A DNA stretch of 64,000 bases from assembly GCA_013239625.1 (NCBI GenBank), contig MU053559.1:1366001-1430000 (forward strand). Reading direction: 5' to 3'. This document shows positions 41,901 through 56,900 of the stretch, one piece after another; position 1 is the stretch's first letter, and each line of letters opens with the position of its first letter. The notes beneath the pieces were generated by a model. The model ran no database searches. It was not told where the DNA came from and worked only from the letters and a program-made list of their open reading frames with translations. The position numbers and the translations under genes were made by a program. The stretch is from Lama guanicoe. Lineage: Eukaryota.

Positions 41901-44900
41901 TTCACTTTGCAGTTTGAACAATAGTGTTTCACAGGAAGGGAAAACTGACTAAACTGAAAGGAGAAATAAACAATTCTCCCATGAAGCTGGAGACTTCAAC
42001 CATTCTTAGTAAGTGATAAAATAGACAGAAAATCATCAAGGATATAGAAGAACTCAACACCATCAACAAACAGGACAGAACTGACATTTACAGACCACTC
42101 CACCCAATAGCAGCAGCACAGGCATTGTTTTCCAGCACCCGTGGAACATGTACCATAGTACACTGTATCCTGGGCCATAAAGTAAACTTCAACAAGTTTA
42201 ACCAAATTGGAATTATATGGAGCATGTTCTCTAACACAATGGAATCAAAACTAGAAATCAACAGAAAGATAACAAAATATTCAAAAGAAAACTAAAAATC
42301 ACACTTTTAAATAAAAGTCCCAAGGCAAAAAAGGTGAAAGAAGTCTCAAGGGGAAAATATATGAAAGTGAATAAAGATAAAAATACAACACATCAAAATT
42401 TGTGGGACATAGCTAACGCAGTGCTGAGAGGGAAATTTATAACACTTTATGCTCATACTAGAAAAGAGGAAAAGTCTCAAGTCAACAGACTAAGCTCCCA
42501 ACTCAAAAAACTAGAAAAATAAGAGCAAAATAAATCCAAAGCAAATAAAAGGATTGAAATAATAGAGATAAGAGCAGAAATAAATTAAATTAAAAATGGA
42601 AAAGATAATGAAACAAGAAGATGGTTCTGTGAAATGGTCAATAAAAATGACGGACCTGTAGCATGAAAAAAGGAGATAAAATTGCCAATACCAGGTATGA
42701 AAGAGGGGATGCTATTTTTCATTTGCTTTAAGTGTGCCCATAATTTTTCACTGAAACATTTTTATAATGGTTGCTTTTACATCTTTGTTAAGACAATTCT
42801 AATATCTCTGTCACCTTGGTACTGGATTATCTTCGATCAAGTTGAGATCTTCCTGTTTCTTGATGTGAGTGATTTTTTTTTTTACTGGAACCTGGACATT
42901 TTGGTTTTAGGCTATGAGACTCTGGATCTTCTTGAAACCTTCTGTTTTGACTGGCTTCCTCCAGCTCTGGCTGGAGATCAGGTTGGGAGTGAGAGGCTGT
43001 TACCTCATTACTGCCAGGTGATCACAGAAGTCTTGGTTCACCATTTGGCCTGTGCTGACATCCAGGGTTGGGGACTCTCTGTTATTGCTGGGTAAGGCTG
43101 AGAATTCTGGCTCCCCATTAGGCCTCCACTGACACCTTCTTTGCTAGGATTGGTAAGAACACCTTACTACTGCTCCTTGTGTGACCTCCACTGATACTGA
43201 TACCATGGCAGGGAGGATGTGTCCTCATTACCTCTAGGCAGTGGTAAAAGTCTCCTCTGATACTACCCTACATGGGAGGGAGAGGAATGCATCATTACTG
43301 CTGGTTTAAGGTGGAAGTCTAGGCTCCCCACTGTTACTGCTATGGCATATAAAAATACTGACAGCAAGGACACGTAAATGCCTGACTTTTGTGCTCATTC
43401 ATGATACTGCTGTGATTTCTAGGAGGATGGTGTCAATGGCAATGAACTAGTGAAGGTTACGATGTGTGTTGGGCAAGACTGTGAAGCTTTCCTTAACAGA
43501 ACATGGAGAGTCTCTCTGTGGGTAGGACAGCCTGGGCTTGGGTTTTTAGAAGTGATTTGACAAGCATTTCTGGAACATGACTAGGACCTAAGAACCTGAT
43601 GCTAGGGGCCGAGAAATCAAGAATGTGGTCTCTGACCTTTAAGAACTAGTATGTACTAGAAATAGATAGATGTACAATGAAATGCTCAATTTCATTGTAA
43701 CCAGCATGTCCTACCAGCTCCTTTATCTGATGCTATTTCTTCCCTTTCCTTCCTTCCCTCACTCATTCACTCAAACTTATACCAAGCATTTTATTTCATG
43801 CCAGCCTTTGTGCAAAGCACTGGGAACACAAAGACTAGTAAGAAAAAAACGGTTTCCAAAACCAATCATTACCTTTACTACTTCCTCTGGCAAATAAGCC
43901 CTTTCCCCTGTCAACAAAACCAAAGTCCTCTCCTACTTTAACTTTGAGTCTTTGTAAATGAATGCTGTTTGCCTATGGTTAAACCCAATTATTCCAGTTG
44001 TCCCCTTCCATTTCGATTTATGCATTTTATAAACTCTGTATGTTTCGGCCCTCTATTTATTGATGCTGTCACTATGAGGCCCCTATTAAAATGAAGCAAC
44101 TTCTTATGGTGTCCTTTATTAACAGGATTATTATGGGGTTATGTAATTAATGCTCTGTTTCTCTTCAAAAACTAACACGTTACTGATTGTTGAATCAGAC
44201 TTAGAAATCTTGGTCTCCAAAGAAGCCTTATCATAATTTCAGACTGGATTTCAAACAGTTTTATCCTGTGAATAGGACATATATCCCTAAATAAATGAGC
44301 TTGACTTTAACTATTGACCTGTCCTAGCCTGGTATCATCTGCCATTGGTCTGAGTGAATTGCTGAACACGGAATGTGACTCTGCATTATAAACGTATAAT
44401 TAGCCACTCAAAGTCTCTCCTCAAGCAGCACACAGATAACTGTAAGAGCATTCACTCTCTAAATCAAAAGTACAAGCCTGCAAATACCTGAGGGAAGGCC
44501 GTGGAACAGTGTCTGGACTGGCTGGTACCTGGACTCCTTTTTCCCATTCTTCCTTCCATGTATCCGCGAAGAGGTAATAGCTGTCAGGATTAATATGGTG
44601 AGAGTCTGGAATTTTCATGGCACTGATAAGGTCCTTCCGGAATACCTGGGAAGACATTGCACACACCTTGAGAGGACTATCACTATGGAAGTAACACCAT
44701 TTAATGTTCTCCTTTAAAAAAGACCATCCCCACTCAATCTACACTTCAACAAGAGACACAGTGATAACCTTCTGAATTGCCAGATCGACTTCTATTTGGA
44801 AAGGGTTTGAAGTATTGATAGGGAACTCAGCTTGTTCTAGATTTAATAAAGAACAAAGGGGTCCTGCCTGAATTATTTTCTTGGGCCTCCTTGAATTTAA

Positions 44901-47900
44901 ATCAACAATACAGGTTACTCTTAAAAAGTCAGTATAAAACAATCCTTAACTCTCTCATATTAAGCAACAAGTATACTCTGATAGCTTATAACTGTTTATT
45001 TAGTTATCACCTTATTTTTAAATTATTTACTTAGAAATAATTTTAGTCTTACAGAGAAGTTACAAAAATAGTACAGAGCTCCCATATACCCTTCACATAG
45101 TTTCCTCTAATGTTAACATCTTACATAGCCAGAGTACAATAAACCAGGAAATTAACATTGCTACAATACAATTAGCTGATCTACAAACCTTATTCAATTT
45201 TTATTAATTTTCCCCCTAATGTCCTTCTGTTCCAGAATTCAATTCAGGATTTTACATTGCTTTAGTTGTCATGTCTCCTTAGTATCCTCCAGTTTGTAAC
45301 AGTTTTTCAGTCTTTCCTTGTCTTTGAAGACCTTGACACCTTTGAAGACTACTGGTCATGTATTTTATAGAATGTCCATATAATTTAGGTTTGAATGATG
45401 TTTTCTTATGATTACATTGAGGTTATTCATTTTGGGGGCAAGAATACCACAGGAACAGCGCTGTGCTCTTTCATTCCATTATATCAGGAATGTATGATGC
45501 CAATGTCTTACTAGTGGTGACATAAAACTTCATCAGTTGGTTAAGGTATTATGTTTTGCTCGTTTTCTTCACTATTGGGTTACTATATGTCTCTTTGTAA
45601 TTAGTAAGTATCTTAGAGGAGATACTTTGAGATTATAAAAACATCCCGTTTCTCCTCAAACTGTCATGGACTAATTTTAGCATCCACTGATAGATATCTT
45701 GCCTGCAACAGCTTTTCTATTTCCCTCAGTTCTTCTACATTTATTAATTGGAATTCCTCTGTAAGAAAGTTCTGTCCCTTCTTATTCATTCATTCAACCA
45801 TTTATATCATTACAGACTTGTGGATATCTATTTTATTCTTCGGGTTATAATTCAGTATTATTATTTATTTTGATGCTCAAATTGTTCCACCTTTGGTCAC
45901 TGGGAGCTCTTTCTAGTTGGCTGACACCTGTGCTCTTTTGATACAGCCCATCCTTTTTTGATACAGCCCGTCCTACATTACAACATGCCCCAGGCATGTT
46001 TATACCCTCTACCTGATAATAAAAGCTATTCATTTTATATAGCTTCATATCCTGTCACATTACTGAATTCTTTTATAGCTTGAGTTAGTTTTATCATTGA
46101 TTTTCCTATAGTTTTCTAGATCTACTTTCACATCATCTGCAAATAGAGTTTTGCATCTTCTTTACCTAGTTTATATCTCTAATTGGTTTCTCCTGTTTAA
46201 CTGCATTGAATAATACCTCTACTAATATTTGGGACAGTAATGAGGATGGTGAGTTTATCTGCCTTCCTAAAATTAGCTGAAATGCCTCTAGTGTTCCCCC
46301 ATTTAACAGGATACTAAGTTGACGACTACATTATGTTTATTTTATAATGTTAATAAATTATCTTACAGTCCCTATTTTCTTGAATGTTTTATAATGCCTG
46401 GGTATTGAATTTTGTTAAAGGCTTTTTCAGTATATTTTTATATTATATATTTATATATAATTACATACAATATAATTATATTATAGTATATTATAATTCC
46501 ATATATGGAAATAATATAATTTTCCCCTTAGATATATTAATATGCTATATGATAATACTGGATTTCTTAATAAAAACTTGCATTTCTGGAATGAATGTCT
46601 ATTTGATCATGATATGTTCTTAGTATGGTATTGTATTGTTTTCTCATATTTTATTTAATATTCTTGTATCATATTTCTGAGTGATATTTATCTACAGTTT
46701 CCTTTCTTTCTATTTTTTTTGGACTGTCTGGGACTTTTAGGTTTAATTATCAGCACTATGCATGCTTCATAAAAGGAATTAGGATACTTTCCTTCTGTTA
46801 CAATGCTCTAGAATAATCTGAGAATTATTGGGAATATCTGGTCCCTATGAAACCATCTGAACTTGCTGCTTTTTTGTGGGGTAGTTCCTTAATAATTTTC
46901 TCTACCTCTTTGGAAATTGATCTCTTTAAGCTTTCTACCTCCAATGGGGTCAATTTTGGTAATCTATATTTCCATGGGAAGTTATCTATCTTATCTAGGT
47001 TTTCAAACTTATTTGTACAGAGGCTTGCAAAGTATAAACAGTTCCACTTTGCACAGCCGTGTGCACAGGGGTGAGGACAGGAATGGTATGCTTACTGTGG
47101 CAGCCAGGAGGCTCCCAGTGCGAGTGGAAAGGATCCCTAGCTGTGTGGAAAGTTCAAAGGCCAGAGGTATGGGTTGATGACATGGGTACAGCTAAAACTT
47201 ACAGAAACAAAGAGATTCCCTTTAGTTCATTTGCTGCATCCTAAGCACAATTAGGTACTGATAATACGGGAATAAAGAGCCATCTAAAGTTTGATGTACT
47301 GTTATCCTCTGGTTGAAAGGACCTCTGGGTGACTAAGGGGCACAGAAATGTACTCACCAGCCTGGGGAAATGACTTAAATCGCTGTGGCAACCTAGACTT
47401 TGTGACACTGCCTTTTAAATACAGAAAAAAAAGTATGCCATGAATTCTTCAGCTAATGGGGCATTGATTTCAGTGATGAAGGCTTAGTTAATGTCTAAAA
47501 AATGAGGGAATAAACTTTCACATAAAAGCACACATATACTGGTCTATACCTCACCTACTAATTTTTAATTCTCGAAAAAAAATCAAACAACCACTTGTAG
47601 ATTTATGACAAATGTGCCTACATCTCTGGAACATCAAAGCAAGAGATGCTATCAAGCAAACATTTTAGCCTTTAATGCTAATCAAGTTTCTCTGAGGAGA
47701 ACACTGTCCAAGTTATGTGTAACATGAAAGTAGAGGCACAGAGCATGACACAATAAAGCAATTAATTCTGAGTTTGTGCAGTTCTATTTAAACTGACATT
47801 TCACAGAGGACAGGTCTGAACTATCACATAATCAAATGATGTCATTTAAATGAATAAAGACTCATTCCATTTGCTACTCTGCAGAGACAGCTCTGCAAAT

Positions 47901-50900
47901 ACCTGTTGGTTTCATTTAGGGAGGATTTAGAATTAATCATATGCTGAGCAAAGTAGAGAAGGAAACCAACCTTAAATATGCTGGTGACTAGGTGGCAACA
48001 AAATGACCTTCCTACCAAGAATTCTAGCCAATTAAAGTTAGTTGGGTACTGTGGAGGGAGAAAGCTAAGTCTGTAAGAAACAAAAAGTGGTGGCTTATTG
48101 CATAATGCTTTGTGTAAGGAGGTAAGAGAGGATCACAGACATATTTGTTAACACAGTTTGCACAGAGCTCAGTGCTCTGCGTGGCTAGCAGGAGAAACTG
48201 AATCACCATTTTGCTGAATACTCAGATTCATTTCTATAAATTACCAGAGTGCCTTTAATGAGACAGTGGTTAAGAGGCAATGGCAACTGACAATTGTGCT
48301 AAACGACTGTCTTTGGAAAGACAATACCGTGGGGAATCCTACCTTAAATCTGGAAAGAATACTAGAGCCAAGTATTTTTCAACCTCTAAAGTATTTTATT
48401 ATTTTTCATGTAATACACTTCTCAAAATAAATCAACTGATTGCAAAATCGTGCTTTGGGCTTGCTAACAATTACATAGCATAAGCCATGCCTTCATAGTT
48501 AATGCTTATGAAAATCTGTTCTGTTCAATTTCCTTAAGTAGCCTGGAAATATATCGCACTGGGTTGAATGGTTCCCCAAAAGATATGTCCACATCCTAAT
48601 TTCTGAAATCTGTGATTGTTACTTTATTTGGAAAAGGGATCTTTGCAGATATAAATAATTTAAGGATTCTGAGATGAAGAGATCACCCTGGAATATCCAG
48701 GTGGGCCTTAAATCCAATGACAAGTGTCTTTATAAGAGAAAGGCAGAGGGAGATTTGAGAAAGAAGAGAAGGCACTGTGACCACAGAGGCAGAGACTGGA
48801 GTGACTCATTGATCCACAAGTCAATAAATGCTGACAGCTATCAGAACCCAGAAGAGGCAAAGAACAGAATCTACCCCTGTCTCTGGAGGGAGCACAGTCG
48901 GGCTGATCTTGGACTTCTGGTCTCCAGGAACTGTGAGAAAATAAATTCCTGTTGTTTTAAGCCACCCAGTTCGTGGTAATTTGTTACAGCAGCCCTAGGA
49001 AACTAACACACACATTTACCGAACAGAAGAGTAAGTTGAAGACTCTAGAGAAAGAGACAAAAAGCAGAGGCCAATGAAATCTGGCCTTTGTCCACAGCTT
49101 CAGAAATATCAAACCTCCAGGGAACAGGTACTCTGTGAAGTCTAGGAAACCTATGACTACAGAAATACCAATCAACTCATACTCATTTTTCTTAAGCAAA
49201 TGTAGGCTAACTCTAATGACTATTATAATTTTCCTTTCCACCTTTAGAGAAAACTAGCAGACTTATATGGTAAGCTTGATTTCAATTTTACAAACTAGCC
49301 AGATTAAACAGCATCAGATCCAGGATTTCTAGAGAAGCATTTTTCACTCAAGGCAGAGTGCAAGAGTCTGCCTTATCTTGCTGTAGAAGTCAAACATTTC
49401 AAGTATGAGGCAGAACATAAAATGCTGAAGAGGGGATAGGAATGTAAGTTCAGTACTCAGGAAGATATCTGCAAAGTGATATGAAATATATTTACCAGAC
49501 TGGTCTCATGAATCTACTTCTGATAAGAAAAGGCATTTTTTAAGTTTTAAAAATAAGTACAGGCAAACAAAATAGTTACAGAATATCCTGGGTAGAGGTG
49601 TGAGTTTTATACACATACAGTGGCACAGACATACACACATATTTGTTTATATTTTCATAAAGAAATAATAAAAGGATAAACCAAGAACTTCAAAAAAAGA
49701 ATGGTTAACTCTGAGGAAAAGGGAGGAAATAGGGAGTATAGAGACAAAATCTGGATCTCTCTGAATGTATTTTGTTTCACACTTTGATATTTGAAACAGG
49801 CAAATGTTTTACATGGTTAAAATGAAATTAAAAGTCCTTAAAGAAAGGAAAATGGGTCCAAGGACAGACAACCCGAACTGGTCTACTGGTTTCACCGCTT
49901 ATAGTTTTGAGCAAGTTGTCTAAATTCTGTGTGTCTCAGTTTACTATCTGTAAAATGAGGATAATAACACTTACTTCATCCTACGAGGCTGTTGTAGAGA
50001 TTAAATAGGTGAATTTACATAAAGGGCCCAGCATAGTATTGGGCTCATCATAACTGCTAAATAAATTCTAGCTATAGTTATTTTATTATCACCATCATAG
50101 TCTCAGCTTCACTTCTAAAAGCAGAAAGAAGTATATAGCTGAGTTCTCTTATCTAGTCCATAATGTAATTAATTGTTGATGGGGTAAATGAGATGTGAGT
50201 TCATGGCTCAACTAAACGTGCATGGTTTGACTCCCAGAGATAATGTTCCAAAGCAAGAGTCCCACTGAACACTTTGACTAACATTCTACAGATCATGAGG
50301 CAATGCAGAAACTTCATAAAATAAAACATGGCTAAAGATAAAGAACATGGACCTACTGTATAGCACAGGGAACTATATTCAATATCTTGTAATAACCTAT
50401 AAAGGAAAAGAATCTGAAAAAGAATATATATATGTATTTATACACTTTGCTGCACACCTGAAACACTGTAAATCAACTATACTTTAATTTAAAAAAACCC
50501 ACATGACTATTTGTTGTTAAAGATTATGAATGAGGGATCTAGGTGTTCAGACACTGACCTAGGTAATGAAGTTGAGAAGTTTTACAAGTTCTTGATTATG
50601 TGCCTATTTTATATGCACTGGTAGTTTCCCCAAAAGTTCCTGAAACAAAAAGGCTTTGTATTTACCAGATATCTGCTCATTTATGGTCAAAGAGGGGATT
50701 CACAGGCTAACATACAGCCCAGAAGCTATGCCAAGTCCAACAGTGCATGCACATCTTGGCTTCTCAGATGCTCGCAGAAACAAAAGGGGGCCTCACTATG
50801 AATTCAATTAGAATATCAATGCTTAACCTGACAGAGCCACAAAATGAAAATGCCTTTCATGGACAGCTCTGGCTTTTTACTGTTTTCATTAACATCTCTC

Positions 50901-53900
50901 AGTGGGCAGTTTCTTAAAGCATGGCTAGTCTGAACATTTCTGTGACATTTTTTTAGAGGAAAAGCCAAAACACTTACTTCCTGTATGACACAAAGGGGAA
51001 CACTGTCTGGTCCATGTATAATGAAGCAGAGAGATTGATCAATTTTGATTCACAGTCACTAAATCTGAAACTATACATAACTGATGACAAACAGATGTGT
51101 CACCCCAAAAGCCTTAAAAAACATCTGCAAACTTACTTATATGTTTAAACTATATTTAATATAGTTTAAAGGGAATTAACCCTAAGTGATTTTCTTAGAA
51201 TTATACAATCTTAAGACAAGAAAAGATTTTTCAGGTTATCTAGAAGAATCAACCACTTAAAGCAGAGAAGACCTAGCAAAGAACACAAGCTTGTTCTTAT
51301 ATGGTAACAAAAGCACACTGTGTCCCACGTTGATTTTTTTCCAATGAAGCAAAGCTTATTCAATTTCTAAGTTTAAAACTTTAAAAATCATGGAAATACT
51401 TAACAAAAAATTTAAAATAATTCTTAGGTTTCTTATAGAGAATAAACGGGACATTTTTGATGGCTATGGGCTGACATCTTTTGGAACATCAATCATCATA
51501 AAGCAATGTATTCTGCGCTGCTTGGGTAGGGCTGATTATTCCCCTTACCCAATACTATCTCCTCACTGGATACCATACAGAGGCATCTGCGTCCTGGTAA
51601 CGGAGGAGGGGGAGCAATTGAATCTGACCTGAAGATCTGAGCAATTTTCACACAGGAGATGAAAACTGAGGTTTGCTCTGAAAGTTTTCCTCCCATCCTT
51701 CAATGTCCCTTTTTGTGCAATAAGCATGCATTTACAAGGTTGGTAGTTTTTATCTACTGTGGGTCATAAAACCAAACAATCAAGCTTGTTAGAAATACAA
51801 CCAAAGTAATATAAACAGGCTCTACTTGAGGGTATGCAGTGTTCTCTGCTGAGTTAAAATATATGAACTTTCACTCTGTTGCTATGAAAGTCTTAGACAT
51901 AATAAATGAGACTCTGGTCCTACAGAAGATATGCAGTCGATCTGTCACGATAGGTTGATATGTTTTATAGACCAGTCAGACTAATATTAGGTGAAAATAT
52001 CCAGGCTTTTGAGAAAGAATGGAAGACTTCTTAATAATTCAAGTTGGTCATCTAGTAGTACTCTGTGCCTTTTCTAGGGCAGTTGGTTTCTAAAAAACAT
52101 CTTGAAGAACATGAGCCCTTTTGAGAATCAGATGAAGGCTACTAGCTCAGAAAAAAAATACACACAAAAACATTCCCTTAAAAGTCTGTATACAATTTTC
52201 AAAAGGTACCAAAGCCCCTGAACCATATGTGGAATTCACATACGCCTAGGAAACACTTATGTAGAGGATAAATCAGGAGGAGGCACACACACAGGAATCT
52301 CACCAAAGCACTAAACATCAAAGGAAATATTTGTCTATTAATGCAGCCAATTAAGCCCCAATGGAAAAGATCATTTATATTGCATTTCAATGACTAACTC
52401 ACAGTAAAAACATAAGGTTTCATCTCAGACCTGTAGAATCAGAAAAAAAGAAATACCCATCCTTACAAGAAGAAAAAGTCAGGAGAGGCAGCAAATTAAT
52501 GATTTTTTGTGAACCCACTGGAGAAATGAGTCACAGGACAAACGGTCAACTAAAAGAGAGACAAGCAAGCCCACAGGGAGACACAGGACAAGAGCCATTT
52601 GCTTACTTGGGGCAAAAGCCACAGCAGGAACGTTAAACTAGAAATTCTGATATGTCTCTGGGGGCCAAGTAGGGACTACTATCAGAATATAAAGTTTCTG
52701 GGGGCTGTAGCCTCAGGGGGTTCCCACCTTCTTGTAAGCTTTTTCTCCAGCAACCCAGCTGGGCTCTCACAGGGAAGATGGGGGAGACCTGGAAAAAAAG
52801 CTCCCTAGTGGCGCTGTCTGGGCCACTGGTGCTCAGTGTCCTGGCTCCCTTATTGAACAAAAGACCTAGACTGCAGAAGAAGGATATCACTGGAGTAATC
52901 TGACTAGTTCTGGGGGAAGGAAAAAGCACCTAACCTCGGCTTCCCAGTGTCACTCAAGGGAAAAAAACCTTAATCTACAGGAGGACCTCAAGGACATAGA
53001 CTGAGAACACCAGAGGACACCTGCTGCAGGCAGACGGGAGAACAGCAGGCAGGGTCAAAAAAGCTCAATCCCTGAACGCTGCCTCCCTCACTTCACATCC
53101 AGACACAGGACCGCTAGACACTCTGAAGACTGAGACGTAATCAGATTAGAGAGCGCCACCCTTCCCCAAACCCTACCAGCACGCCAAAGTCCCCAGTGAT
53201 GACAACAGCAGCTTACAGCTGGGAGAGCTGCAGAAGACAGACTCTCTGAGGACAAGCACAAAGGGAAAATTCTAAGTCAAGAGAGGAGACAAAAACAAGG
53301 TTACTAGAGGAATTTGAAGTCTCTGGTACCCATAGCAATAACAAATTTCAAACACTTTTGTATACGGCTGGTGGGAGCGTAAACTGATGAAGCCCCTTTG
53401 GAAAACAGTCTGGCATTCCCTCAAATGGTTAGTTACCGTATGATTCAGCAATTCTACACCTAGGTGTTTCTGAAAACATATGTCTACATAAAAATGTGTA
53501 CATGAATATTCACAACAGCAGTGTTCATAATATTTCCAGAAGGGAGATAACCCAAATGTCCATCAACTAATGAATAGATAAACAAAATGTGGTATATGCA
53601 TACAGTGGAATATCATTCAATCATAAAAAAGAAATGAAGTACTGATACATGCTTCAACATAGATGAACCTTGAAAATGTTAAGTGAAAGAAGCCAGAAAC
53701 AAAAGGCCATATATTGTATGATTACATTTATATGAAATGTCCAGTACAGGAAAATCCATAGAAACAGAAATTAGATTAGTGGTTGCCAGGGGCTGGGAGT
53801 AGGGGGATTGGGGACTAACTGCTAATGGATAGGGGGTTTCTTCCTAGGGCGATGAAAATGTTCTAAATTTAGATTGTGGTAGTGGTTACCCACACAACTC

Positions 53901-56900
53901 TGTGAAAATACTAAAACCTACTGAACTATACACTTCAAGTAGATGAATTATATGCTGTAAGAATTCTATTTCAAAAAAGATGTTTAAAACTTTTTTAAGA
54001 AAGGACAATTGTTGTGGCATCAATGGATATCATCTGAGAGGTCATGGCATCCACTCCCACCCTGCAATAACAAGGTGTCCCTCCTCTTCAGTGTGGTATC
54101 AGCAGAGACTGGGTAGGAAGCCTAGACTGTCACCACTGTCCATCAGTAACGTGGTACCCCTTAACACCACCACTCTCCCCTGCTATCAGTGGAGGCAACA
54201 AGGTGGGGATTTCCATTCCTGCCAAGTAGTAATGAGACACCTTTCCCTTTCCCAAAGAGATAACAGAACTAATTTCCTAGAGAGATAACAGAACTAGGAT
54301 GGGGAGCATAGGAATTCTGTAACTGGTATTAAAAAGTCAGAACCCCTCTTCCCCACTGGCCTGATTATCATGGAGGCTTGCTAAAACAGATTTAAATAAG
54401 GCTTAGTGTCTGATAACAGAATACCAAAAAAAAAAAAAGCCCAGGATTCAACAGAAAATCACTGATAATACTAAGAACCAGGAATGAGAAGAGACCATCA
54501 ATAGACACTAACACTGAGATGACACAGATGTTGGAATTATCTGACAAGGATTTTAAAGCAGCTATCATAATGCCTCAACAAGAAATTACAAACACTTTTG
54601 AAACAAAAAAATGGAAAGTTTCAGCAAAGAAACAGAGGATATAAAGAATAACCAAATGGAAAATTTGAAATGGAATAATATAGTAATGGAAATAACAAAC
54701 TCATGGAATAGGCTCAATAGAATAATGGAATTAACAGAATAAAGAATCAGTGAAAAAGAGAAATCACTCAATCTAATCAACAGAAAGAATATATGCTAAA
54801 AAAAAAGTCTGAAGGACCTGTGGGAAAATAACAAAAGACCTAACACTCATGCAACTGAAGTCTCAAAAGAAGAGAAAAAAGGTGGAGTTGAAAAACAGCT
54901 AAAGAAATAATGGCTGAAAATTTCCCAAACTTGGCAGAAGATAAAACTTAGATTCAGGAAGTTGATTAAACCACAAACAAAACAAACCAAAAGAAATCCA
55001 TGACTAGGCACATGAGGATCTAACTCTGGAAAACTATAGACAAAGAAAAATATTGAAAGCAACTGGAAAAGAAATGACTGATTACCTATAGGAGAGTAAC
55101 CATTTGAATGAGAGTAGATTTCTCATTAGAAACCATGCAGGCCAGAAGGAAGAAGCACATTTTTCAAGTGCTGAAAGAAAAGTTGTCAAATCAGAATTCT
55201 TTATCAAATGAAAATATCCTCCAGGATGAAGGTGGAACCAAGACATCCTCAAGTGAAGGAAAAACTAAGACAATTTATCACCAGCAGACTTCCCCTGAAA
55301 GAATGGCTGCAGGAAGTTCTTCAAATAGAAGGGAAATGGACAAAAGAAAAGATGAAACATCAGGAATAAAGAAAGAATAAGAAAATTAAAATATTGGTAA
55401 ATACTATAGACTATCCTTTTCCTCTTGAGTTTTATAATAATATTTGACGGTTGAAGCAAATATTCTAACATTATCTAATGTACTTATCAATGTACATATA
55501 GAAAATATTTAAGATAATTATAAAGGTGAGGGGTGGATAGATGAACCTAAATAGTGGTAAGGTTTCTTTACTTCACTCAAAGTGGTAAAATGTAGAGACC
55601 AGAAGACCGATTAAGTTACGTTTGTAAAAGGAAGGTCCTCCCTTTTAAAGATTGCTTCCCAAGAGCTACCACTAAAAATCTAGAGAAAGATACACCCTTA
55701 GAACTACTATCGAAAAATCAACATGGAACTTTAAAAACTATTCAAGTAATCTCCAGGAAGACAGAAAATAAAAGAGAAACAAAAAAATAGAGAAAACATA
55801 AAGAAAAACAAAAAAAAAGCAGACCAAACCAAACTGTACCTAAAGTTAAATATAAATGTTTTAAATATGCCAATTAAAACACAAAGATTGGGAGGGGTTG
55901 AGCCAAGATGGCGGGGTAGAGAGACTCACAGTTCGCCCTCCCCTACAAATACCCCAAGAAGCATATCTACAAACCCATTGAATCACACAGAACACCTGCT
56001 GAACTCTGGCAGAGTGTCTCTCATTTCGAAATACAGGAGGATTCTCACAAAATCCGATAAACAAGTTTATACTGTACAGCACAGGGAACTATATTCAATA
56101 TCTTGTAGTAATTTATGGTTAAAAAGAATATGAAAACAAATAATGTATGTTCCTATATGACTGAAGTATTACGCTGTACACTAGAAACTGACACAACATT
56201 GTAAACTGACTATACTTCAATAAAAATAAATTTAAAAAATACAGAGATTGAAAGAGTAGATTAAAAAAGATGCAACTATATATCATCTATAAGAAACACA
56301 TTTCCAGTAAAATCATATATATAAACTGAAGGTAAAAGGATGGAAAAATATACCATATACCATGTAAACATGAATCAAAAGAAAGCCAGAAACTCTATGA
56401 ATATTAGATAGATAGTGCAGACTTCATAGCAAACAAAATTACCAAAGACAAAGAAGGACATTACATGGTGATAAATTCACCAAGAAGATGCAGCAATCCT
56501 AAATATGCATGTACCTAATAATAGAGCTTCAAAATACACAAAGCAAAACTGTTAGATCTGAAAGGAGAAATAAACAAGTCCACAATTACAGTTGGAGGCT
56601 TCTACAGCCCTCTCTGAACAATTGACAAAACTATTAGGTGGAAAATCAGTCAGGATACAGAAGAATACCATCAACCAACGGGATCCAATAATAGCAGAAT
56701 ACATATTCAAGTGCTCATGAAACATTCATCAAGATAAACCAAATCGTGGGCCATAAAACAAACCTTGACAAATGTAAAAGAACGGAAATCATATAGACTA
56801 TGTTCTCTGACAAAAATGGACTCAAACTAGAAATCAATAATAGAAAGGTAGCAAGAAAGTCTCCAAATGCTTGGAAACTAAACAACACACTTCTAAATAA

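Noticed and set aside
4228..45975. Short tandem duplications (~4229, ~19940, ~25428, ~34561, ~45937)
   Set aside because: Ordinary slippage products of 11-20 bp with no evident function.
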